A stretch of 56,752 bases of DNA from Nemertoderma westbladi (Eukaryota; Animalia; Xenacoelomorpha), in contig JAUCBJ010003981.1 of the NCBI GenBank assembly GCA_032718475.1, positions 1-56,752 on the forward strand, given 5' to 3'. The position numbers and the translations under genes were made by a program. Shown here in pieces: positions 46,821-56,752 of this stretch. The notes beneath the pieces are model-generated. The model had not been told where the DNA came from. It saw only the letters and a list, made by a program, of their open reading frames with translations, and did not search any database. Each line of letters begins with the position of its first letter. Positions within the stretch are counted from its first letter, which is position 1.

Positions 46821-47858
46821 ACAGTATGTATTTTAATTTAGTTTACACACCATTACTGAGCTACTGTTTAGGTAGGCGGCTTTGGGAGGAGAATTAATCA
46901 TGGAGTGCCTGACAAATAATACCCTAGAGCGTATTAATTAAACTACAACTTGGGGGAGGCATGGGAACACTTCAGTATTTCTCATAGAATACTACAAAAA
47001 CTGATTTGAATAGAAAAACACATGTGCGCCACTATAACCCCAAGAGTCTCCTTGAAATTTTGTTATTCTGTCATTCGATAATAGTTATCTATGGATAAGA
47101 TGGCGGCTCATCGTAAGTTTAAGCAGTACAATTGTTTATAAAAGCTGTCTTTCAACCCTTCAAAACAGTACTTGAAACGCAGTAGGATATTTTCCACAAA
47201 GGATATTTTAAAAGTGGGTGTTGCCAATTCGTTGATTGACGTTTTAATTATAGTATGTAATTAAATGTTGGTGTCCTACACCGTTCACACTCCACCATGT
47301 CTAGCACCTGCTGCGAAAGTGATTTGATATAAAAGGTGCAGTGCACTCACATACTATAACATGAACCAAACTCTTGCATCCATTTTTTATACATATTACA
47401 TAATTTTATGTGTATGGTTGGGGAAAATTGTGGAAGGACGTCATCGGGGCTACTCGTACAAACCAACACCATGCAGCACGGTTTCATGGTAAAGGGATCA
47501 TCAAGATAGAGGTGTGATGCCTCTTCTCTGATTTTTTTTTGTATAATTTTTTAAAGACAACACCAATGATTTGCCTCGTTGAGTTGGTTTACTAGTGACT
47601 AATACAACATTGAACCGAAACTGAAACTGTTCAACTTAATGATTCCCATCCGTATAGGCGATGGCTCCTAGTTGGCTAATTTATGTAAATAGATTTTCGA
47701 AAATATATTTACATTAATAGTGATAATATAGTAGATATTAATATTAAATTAAAGAAATTTATTGGCAGATTAGTAATTTCTTCAGATTGGTATAGTCTTT
47801 TATAGTATTGTTGAAAAATATTCCTTACCTAACGGTTAAGAAACATATATATATCCAT

Positions 47859-49810
47859 AACACGAAGTGGGGCCTTCGCGCAGCACGTGAAATGAGTTAA
47901 TGCTAAGTATCAACTCGAAAGGATTATAAAAACATAGGAGAAGATTTTCCCGGAAAACGTTAACCCTCTAGCGGGAGACTGGGTAACTGAAGAAGGAAAG
48001 ATTAGTTTCCCTACAAAGCCACAGCCTATGGTCTATTACATATCTGCCAAATTTCAGCATAAATGGATTAAAAGCAAAGAAATGGGAGGACATTTAACGT
48101 TTAGACATGTGGCCCTCTAGCAGGAGACTATTGCTCTGATGGTGTCTGAAAGTCTCTCAAACGTCTCAACTTTTGATCATATTGATATTGATATTCATAT
48201 TTTATATATATTTCATATATTCATATTGATTGGCAGCTTTAAATTCGACAAAGTTATAAGCATGTCAATATCATAACGACGACAACGATTTCACTTTCAG
48301 ACATTTGGCCCTCTAGCGGCAGACTGGAGAACTGCAGATGGATTCGCCTCCTTTGAAAGTCACAGCTAATGGTCTAATACATACCTGCCAAGTTTCAGCT
48401 TAAACGGATTAAAAGCAAAGAAATGGGAGGGCATTTAATGTTTAGACATGTGGCCCTCTAGCGGGAGACCATTGCACTGATGGTGTCTGAAAGTCTCTCA
48501 AAAATCTCAACTTTAGCTCATATTGATACCTACAAATTTTCAACTTGGCAGCTTTAAATCCGACAAAGTTATTAGCATGTCAAAATCGTAACGACGACAA
48601 CGATTTCACTTTCAGACCTTTGGCCCTCTAGCGGCAGACTGGAGAACTGCAGATGGATTCGCCTCCTTTGAAAGTCACAGCTAATGGTCTAATACATATC
48701 TGCCAAGTTTCAGCTTAAACGGATTAAAAGCAAAGAAATGGGAGGGCATTTAATGTTTAGACATGTGGCCCTCTAGCGGGAGACCATTGCACTGATGGTG
48801 TCTGAAAGTCTCTCAAAAATCTCAACTTTTGCTCATATAGATACCTACAAATTTTCAACTTGGCAGCTTTAAATTCGACAAAGTTATAAGCATGTCAATA
48901 TCATAACGACGACAACGATTTCACTTTCAGACATTTGGCCCTCTAGCGGCAGACTGGAGAACTGCAGATGGATTCGCCTCCTTTGAAAGTCCCAGCTAAT
49001 GGTCTAATACATATCTGCCAAGTTTCAGCTTAAACGGATTAAAAGCAAAGAAATGGGAGGGCATTTAATGTTTAGGCATGTGGCCCTCTAGCGGCAGACT
49101 GGAGAACTGCAGATGGATTCGCCTCCTTTGAAAGTCACAGCTAATGGTCTAATACATATCTGCCAAGTTTCAGCTTAAACGGATTAAAAGCAAAGAAATG
49201 GGAGGGCATTTAATGTTTAGACATGTGGCCCTCTAGCGGGAGACCATTGCACTGATGGTGTCTGAAAGTCTCTCAAAAATCTCAACTTTAGCTCATATTG
49301 ATACCTACAAATTTTCAACTTGGCAGCTTTAAATCCGACAAAGTTATTAGCATGTCAAAATCGTAACGACGACAACGATTTCACTTTCAGACCTTTGGCC
49401 CTCTAGCGGCAGACTGGAGAACTGCAGATGGATTCGCCTCCTTTGAAAGTCACAGCTAATGGTCTAATACATATCTGCCAAGTTTCAGCTTAAACGGATT
49501 AAAAGCAAAGAAATGGGAGGGCATTTAATGTTTAGACATGTGGCCCTCTAGCGGGAGACCATTGCACTGATGGTGTCTGAAAGTCTCTCAAAAATCTCAA
49601 CTTTTGCTCATATTGATACCTACAAATTTTCAACTTGGCAGCTTTAAATCCGACAAAGTTATTAGCATGTCAAAATCGTAACGACGACGACGACGACAAC
49701 GACGACGACGACGACAACGACGACGACGACAACTATTTGCATAAATTGACCCACCCCCTAACAGTGTCAATTCGCTAAGGCTCCGCCAACTTCGTGGCTC
49801 GCCCCACAAC
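47859..49810 (+). mobile_element. Helentron/HINE-like element with internal 145+170-bp higher-order repeats
   Basis: 5' CACGAAGTGGGGC versus 3' GCCAACTTCGTGGCTCGCCCCAC; (GAC)n microsatellite before the 3' end. Related 3' ends at about 11286-11320, 23140-23186 and 40769-40800 (inverted). Confidence 0.7.
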
Positions 49811-49819
49811 TCTAGTGAG

Positions 49820-50052
49820 ATGTCAGTCTCTGGTTACCTTCTAATAGTGACAGTGATTGCCATTGGTGGTTGTTGGGGAGAAGATCCATTAACCCAGGCG
49901 GGTAGGAAATTAATTCTCGACAAACACAATGAGCTGAGGAACACCCTACCTGGTACTGATTCAACAGGAGCAACACTTCCGAAGGGGACAAACATTCAAG
50001 TTATGATTTGGGATTTCTTGTTGGAGGAATTGGCCCAGATAACATCCGATAA
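49820..50052 (+). CDS. First coding exon of a secreted CAP/SCP (PR-1/antigen 5/CRISP) domain protein
   Basis: Signal peptide MSVSGYLLIVTVIAIGGCWG, then LILDKHNELR...LPKGTNIQVMIWDFLLEELAQ (HN..R and M.WD..L...AQ CAP motifs). Donor GTTAGT at 50053. Confidence 0.82.
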
Positions 50053-50441
50053 GTTAGTTATTATTTTATTATTAGTCGCGTGCACAGTGGCACAGCACCA
50101 GACAGGCTGGCATTTAATATAATATAATAATAAAATTTCAAATAAAATACGGACATATAAAACGCACATGTTTAAAGTCGACTCGGAATATATATATCTA
50201 TAGCAACATCAAACTAATTAATATATACAGATAATCAGGTCGCTGCACTCTGCAGATTAACAAAGGCCATAGGACCAATATACTCATTCATTATAAACAA
50301 TATATCCCATTGCCAGGTTGAAAACAGTTCACAAGATATTCGTAACTTTAAGCCCAGCAATCAGGTCAAAAATATTTGGAACTTTGAGATTTACCAAATT
50401 GTAGTAAAATTACAAGACCCCTCCCCCCCCCCCCCTTAAAG

Positions 50442-52898
50442 TTAAACCAAATTGTAGTATTGTAATATCCGGTCATGCTTTGTTATATATGTAATATCTA
50501 AATACTTAAACTGAGTAGTCCTAACAATGGGTATACCATACAAGTAAAGCGAAGCCATTGTACGCTGCGTACAATGTTTAGGCGTTAGAAACATTACTTT
50601 CGTTTTCTTTAAGTTGAATACAATACTGTGACCTATGGCATAATCTTGACATTTTTCCATTAGTTTTTGAAGACCAACCACAGAGTTGGAAATCAAACCT
50701 AAATCATCCGCATACGAAATGTGATTAATTCTACGTACTTCAATAGCACAACCTACATTACAGTCTAATAATGCACGTGACAAGTCATCCATATAAACAT
50801 TGAAAAAATAAGCTGAGCATATGCCACCCTGTTTTACTCCGTTATAAGCACCAAATTTTCCAGTAATGTAGTTACCCCATTTGACCATCAAACCTTGATT
50901 TCTATACCAGTATGCAAAGATTCTGACCAAATATATCGGCACTTTTTTATCAATCAGTTTCAAAAATAATTTATCGTGTTCAATACGGTCAAACGCTTTG
51001 GATGCATCTATGAAACAAATATAAACTGGTGAATCATTGTCCAAATAATAATCAATAATTTCTTGCAAAGTATGTTCCGTACCTAATTCCGTACCTGAGT
51101 TCTTTTTGAAACCAAACTGAAAATCACTACATATAAGGCAAGATTGTATACGAGAAAGAGTAACATATTCAAAAACTTTACTAAAGATTGTTGCAATAGC
51201 AACCGGTCGATAATTAGATTTAATATCAATAGGCTCATTTCTATCCTTCACTATAGGTACAATAATACATTCAATAATCGAACTAGGTAAATATCCATGA
51301 ACAATTAGCGACGTTAAGAACAATGATAAAATAACATGTAGTCTAGAACTACGAGCGTGAACTAAATGTTCAGCTGATATGCTGTCTGGGCCAGCAGTTT
51401 TTCCTAATTTTAAATTCGAAATAGCACAATTTATTTCCGAGGGATATATTATATCCTTTGAAAAAATAACATCACCAATAATATCATCAACCTTTATATT
51501 ACAAAAATTGGGCTTTCCTTTATTACAATTTAAGAGCTCCTCGTAATCGTTTTTGAACAATTCGCCAATATTATCTTCCCCCATTGCCCCATCCACAACT
51601 TTGGGTAGTGGAGTTGAAGTTTTACTGGATTTCTTAAAATCATTCCAAAAAGTTTTGAAATCTTTATGTAGCACCGAATCGGCTAGTTTATCAGCCTTGT
51701 ATCTTGCTTCTGAACGTTTACAAATACGAAAAGCTCGCTTAAAAAGAGCACGCGCTGCCAAATATTTCCTATGTATCTCTCCCTGCTTGGGCGAGCCGGC
51801 CTCGCGCCAAGCTAAAAAAGCAGAGCGTGACAATTGATATTTCTCCTTAACGGAGTCGTTCCATCCAGGCACATTGAACTCTTTATCATTATTGGCTGAT
51901 CTACCACTGGGTATGGTCTTATCAGCAGCTGCTGTAAAAACGCCAGTGATAGAGGACCAAAAAGTATCTAAGCAGTCTCTATGATCCGTGCATTTGCAAT
52001 CAGTACAATTCAAAGCACTAGGTATATCTATGTTCTTCAACTGATTGTGTAACTCAGCGCAGTATGCAGCGATGTCGGATGGTTTCGCCCGGCTCCAGTT
52101 TGGTTGCCCAACAACTGGAGCCTGACACGAATTTGATCCTGAACCATCACTGGAGCATGCGCTAAGTGAAACGCCCAACTCAAAAAATAATGGCATATGA
52201 TCGTCCTGTACTAAATCGTATAACACAGCAACATTTTCTACAGTAGAATCAACTGACGAGGTACATACTATATGATCTAACCACGATTTACTGCTGTGGG
52301 CAGCACTTACAAATGTAAACGTGTTTGGAGGCAATCTTTTTACATCCGATATATGTAAATCATTTGCCTCACACCAATCACTGAGTTCAGTGTAAAATGG
52401 TTTTGGTAGATCTGCATTGAAATCTCCAATTATACAAACTTTATTAGTTCTCGACGCATCAATAAGGGCTTCGAGTTTCCCTAAATATTCTATAAATAAA
52501 TCGTGGTTTTCAGGACAAAAATATGGTAAATAAACACTAAGCAGCAATAAATTAGAACCATCACATTGATTGACATTTAACGCTAATATTCTATCATCAT
52601 CAACCGAGATATCGTAATGTACGTATTGTTACATGTCTTGGCGAACCAGAGCAGCTAGACCGCCATTTGGCCGACCCACTAAAATCTCTGAAGATAAATC
52701 GACAGGCGATTTACAGTAAGGAATAAATCGCTTATCTATCGATGATAGGTAGCTAAGCTCCTGCTGAGGCAGAAGATGCTCCTGCAAAAATATTATGTCA
52801 GATTTATCACACAAGTCTTTAATAGCTATCCTAGATGAAAGTGTTCTCACTGAATTGCAGTTGTAAGATGATACTCTAAGTTTATTAATCGACGCCAT
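50442..52898 (-). pseudogene. Non-LTR retrotransposon ORF2 (APE endonuclease + RT), probably RTEX clade; frameshifted, 3' end missing
   Basis: SYNCNS, LQEH, GDFNA, WLDHI, DHMP (APE); NYRPV, QFGFK, FIDASKAFD, GVKQGG, YADD, FKYL (RT). Frame break near 52550-52630. Confidence 0.92.
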
Positions 52899-53012
52899 TG
52901 CACATTTTGTAAATATGAAAATGTCTTAATATATAGAAAATATATAAATTGAAAAATCATTTAAATATAACTTACTGTATTAACGTGTGAATACAATACC
53001 AAGTTCGAATAA

Positions 53013-54237
53013 TTAGCTGTCGGCACCGTTAATCACATCTGACACTGACCCGGTTTGATTAGGCCCGGTAGCTAACGCACGGGCATAGATACCCCCGGTT
53101 TCACTAGGGTGCTGCTGACTGTGAGTTAGCGACCCCAGAGTATCTACAACGACAGGCAGACGACCAGACTCCCCCCCAAATTGCCCAGAGTTTCTGCGGT
53201 TCTCCAGGAACTGTCTACGACGGTTTACCCATCCTTCGCGAATCCGACTGTCTTTTGGCCAGTTGGACGGTTCGAGAACTAGATCTTTCTCAGACTCTCG
53301 ATATCTAACAAGGAATGAAGAATGCGTAGTGCAGTCCTCCTTTGTCATCTTCTCGCAATGAACATCGATGTCCATCTTACGTTTTACATAGTCTTTCACT
53401 GCAGAAGCAGGTACTCCAGGTTCACCTCCAGTAACGAACATATATCGCGATTGGGCAACCGTCTTAAAAACCCTCGATCTCAGCAGCCGAACCCGTGCCT
53501 GTTATAAACGGTTTACGTTTACGCAAGCTAGGCCTGGTTGTTGCCATATCTGCGTTGACACCCTGACGCGTTGTACCACCTAGTTGGTTGATTGGGCGCC
53601 CACAAGGACCAACTGTGATGAATGAGTCATCGCTATTTACACAATCTACTCCATAACCTCGTGCTCCGGGAAGTGGTGGTTGTGAAGCTGCACTGGCGTA
53701 GTTTGTGTCAGCGCGCACTTTTGCCCCGGACGTAGGCCTCACTCCCGCAGCTCTGCTATGCGATACGAATGGTTGACCTTCGGATGGGGGCTCAACTAAA
53801 CCCAACAATGGAGCATTATGATCGACAGGCGGTACCGGCGGCATTGGATATCGCGCCCCCTGTACCGGTAGATCTATGTTACCACCAGAATCATGGGTGA
53901 CATAATGGAGACGATCTGCCTCAAGGACAGCGACACGGTCCTGTAACTGAGACAGTTTTAGCAGGAGATACGCTACATCAGAACTCGCTAAGTTAAACGG
54001 CGGGATATTACTGAGACAGGCAGGAGTAAAGCGAGGTTTTCTCTCATCGCTCAACTCAACAAACAGCGAGCACTCAAACATATCGATAACGTCGTTCACA
54101 ATTGACTTACGCATTCCCTGACCTGATTTCCGTTGCTTAGAAAATGCCGCAGTGCTCTTATTACCAGGTATGCAATCTAGGAGGAGTTTCTTCGCTTCCT
54201 TCAACATTTCATCGCTAAACTTTGACCAGTTTTCCAC
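53013..54237 (-). pseudogene. ORF1 of the same LINE, split by a frameshift
   Basis: Directly upstream of ORF2 on the same strand. KPRF...LSNIPP...DVAYLL coiled region and a C-terminal FVTG...HSSF.V...PSNWP...IR RRM-like region typical of LINE ORF1. Confidence 0.75.
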
Positions 54238-54488
54238 AACATCGATCAGAACCGATCACGGAAAACCCATTGTGACGTGGCCGCACCAAAGGTATGACAA
54301 TACATCACTTTCCACATGTCTGCATTCGTTACTCAACGTATTATCACCCGTCATGCCGTTCCAACCGTGCAACTGTACCGGTAACACGGTTTTAGTGCAG
54401 TATGCTTATCTGTATATCTAAACCAATGGTAGTACCTACAGCAGTATACAGGTATAGCTGTACAGTAACGTAGTATTATTACATGACT

Positions 54489-54594
54489 AGATCTTGGAGC
54501 CAACACATGCAGACAATCGCATGCTGGATCTTGAAGCCAAAACATGCAGACAATCGCATGCTGGATCTTGAAGCCAACACATGCAGACAATCAC
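54489..54594 (+). repeat. 37-bp tandem repeat, 3 copies
   Basis: GATCTTGAAGCCAACACATGCAGACAATCGCATGCTG. Confidence 0.85.
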
Positions 54595-54999
54595 ATTACT
54601 GGGTCAGTGTTTTTTTTATTAGTAAGATTGATAGTAAGATCGAGCCAGAGGATGTTGATTACGATTTTAAAAAATGTTGATTATGAAATGTTTACTTGGC
54701 TGAGGTCGTTGCCATGGAGACCTGCCACGTACGCCGTCCATCCCGCAAATCTGGAGACTACGGTGTATCAGGTCCAGTAAACAGCTGAGTCCGAGACTCC
54801 GTTGTCCTGGTCCGGGTCCTGAGCTCTAAAACTCCGCAAGGTTGCGGATAAGGATGCGTGGTTTTCTCACACCAAACGCCATCGTGATCATGGTGCCAAT
54901 GAGATATGTGAAACTCATCCTCTGTAAGCGGATTCAATTCCCAGCACTACCCAGCGGAAAATGGGCAAAGTGGCAGGCATTTTACCAATTATAGTTGGG

Positions 55000-56265
55000 A
55001 AGGTGACATTACCAATGATGCTGACGACAGCAGGCAATCATCCCATGCATGGAGATCGATCAACTTACTTGCTGGTCGAAAAAGCCAACCAACCACCAAG
55101 GTTAAGGCTGAATCACCAGCCGATCGCCTCAATGGTTGGAAGGCCCACTTTGAAAAGCTCCTCAATAATGACAGGGTATTGCCTGATAACTTTACAGAAG
55201 TAAAAGTGTCTGAGTCTGTACTCCCAGATATTCCCATTGGTGATATCTCGTTTGCAGAAGTGAAGGCTGCTGCAAAGAGCATTAAGACCAATCGTGCCAG
55301 TGGAGTAGATGGTGTTCCCCCTGAGGTCTTTAAAATACCTGAGTGTTTAAAGCTCATCTATCCCATCATAGTAGACATGTACCGTACAACAAGAGTCCCA
55401 CAAGAAATGAAAACAAATAAGTTGGTGCCAGTTCTCAAGAAGGGCAACCTAACACTCTATGGTTCTTTTCGGGGAATCTCATTGATCTCAATTGCTGCAA
55501 AGCTATACAATAGAATTCTATTAAATCGCATCAGAGATCCCATTGAGAGACTGCTCCGTGGAAATCAGAATGGGTTCCGTAAAGGTCGTGGGACCATGGA
55601 GCCCATTTTGGCACTTAGAAGGATAATTTAAGAGTTATCAAAAAAGAAAGACAGGCATCTGGCTGTTTGTTATCTTTGTTGACTTCTTCAAGGCCTTTGA
55701 TTCAGTCTCTCGCTCACGTATGTTCAGCATACTTTCATTATATGGGATTCCTGATGAAATTATTGCAGCAATCAGATCGGTATACGATGGTTCGACAACA
55801 TTTGTGTCTACTGTTGACGGTGACACAGAACAATTTGAAGTGTTATGGGGCGTCCTCCAGGGAGGCCAACGGCTCCTCAGCTCATTAGAACATGCTGCTT
55901 CTAGTGTTGGTCTTTTCATTAACTCCAGAAAGACCAAAATTTTGACAGTTAACTTTGAAAGTCCTCAGCAAGTCTCTGATCGGATGAGCATAAGCTCAAA
56001 AGATGGTATGCTTGAGCATGTGGATGACTTCTGTTACCTGGGATCATGGATCCGGAAGTCAGGTGAGGACCTTCGAATACGTAAGGGAAAGGCATGGGCA
56101 GCCTTGAATAGGCTTTCCAGGATTTGGAAGTCACCGAGCATTAATCGGACACTTAAGGTCCGATTATTTAGAGCAGCAGTAGTTCCAGTACTCCTCTATG
56201 GGAGTCCATTCTAGGCTCTAACTGCTGAGGAAACCAAATCTCTGGATGGCACATTCACAAGAATG
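55000..56265 (+). pseudogene. RTE-clade LINE RT fragment, internally deleted
   Basis: RASGVDGVPPE, KKGNL...FRGISL.SIAAKLYNRILLNRI, QNGFRKGR, FVDFFKAFDSV, GVLQG, FCYLGS, LFRAAVVPVLLYG. The YADD segment is absent. Confidence 0.9.
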
Positions 56266-56752
56266 CTAGTGTTCTTCGAGCTGGTGATCGTTCCAATCGG
56301 TAATAAATTTAGAAATTTCGTTGTTGGCGCCCACGAAATTAGTCCCCTGATCGGATCTCATAGTCCGCCTGGTTCCGAATCTGCCGATCTGTCTCCTAAG
56401 GCAAAGAAAGAAACTTTTCATCGACATGTCGTTGACCATATCGAGATAGACCGCTCGAAAAGTCATACAGACAAAGATCACGCACCACCGTTTTACTATA
56501 GAACGAGGGCGGTTCACTTCAAAAGGTCCGAATAGATCCACGCCAGTATGTGTAAACGGGGGGTGATAGCAATCAACTCTTTCCATCGGGAGTGCCGCTT
56601 CCAATTGCGTCATCAGCTTGCTATAAATCCTCTTGCAAGATATGCAATTCCGCAATATGGTTAAGGGCCACACGAGGGTGAACTAAGTAGTAGCGCGTCC
56701 TGATCTCGCTCAATATGTGTTCTCTCCCAGCGTGAGAGAGTCGGTAATGAAC
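56266..56752 (-). pseudogene. BEL/Pao LTR retrotransposon integrase fragment
   Basis: H...SHAGREH / C..C zinc finger, PFTHTGVDLFGP, KRWCVIFVCMTFRAVYLD, SDQGTNFVGA; runs off the window end. Confidence 0.9.

Noticed and set aside
46363-46897. Multiple overlapping ORFs on both strands
   Set aside because: GC-rich 49-bp repeat lacking stop codons.

Overview
AT-rich eukaryotic genomic DNA, most likely from an invertebrate animal, dominated by transposable elements and tandem repeats. Host-like coding sequence is limited to three pieces: one large intronless gene (17755-22125, minus) with a divergent N-terminal HSF-type DNA-binding domain and C-terminal peptide repeats; a small Cys-rich, probably GPI-anchored protein exon (about 40114-40452); and the first exon of a secreted CAP/SCP protein (49820-50052). 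Mobile DNA includes a decayed compact KDZ (Kyakuja-Dileera-Zisupton) transposase enclosed by inverted G-rich 22-bp arrays, five copies of an 8-bp-TSD MITE (one nested inside another), piggyBac-, hAT-, Tc1/mariner- and MULE-like non-autonomous elements, and Helentron/HINE-like elements (one with 11 CTCF-like motifs). Retroelements are RTE, probable RTEX, Gypsy and BEL/Pao remnants. The most unusual structure is one shared sequence module (CAGGTTACAGA..GGG..AACCAAAACAATAAAC) reused by two satellites and several unrelated-looking TE families. There are also many TACAGTA/TACTGTA motifs resembling transposon excision footprints. All coordinates, copy numbers and family calls come from manual reading; no database searches were run.
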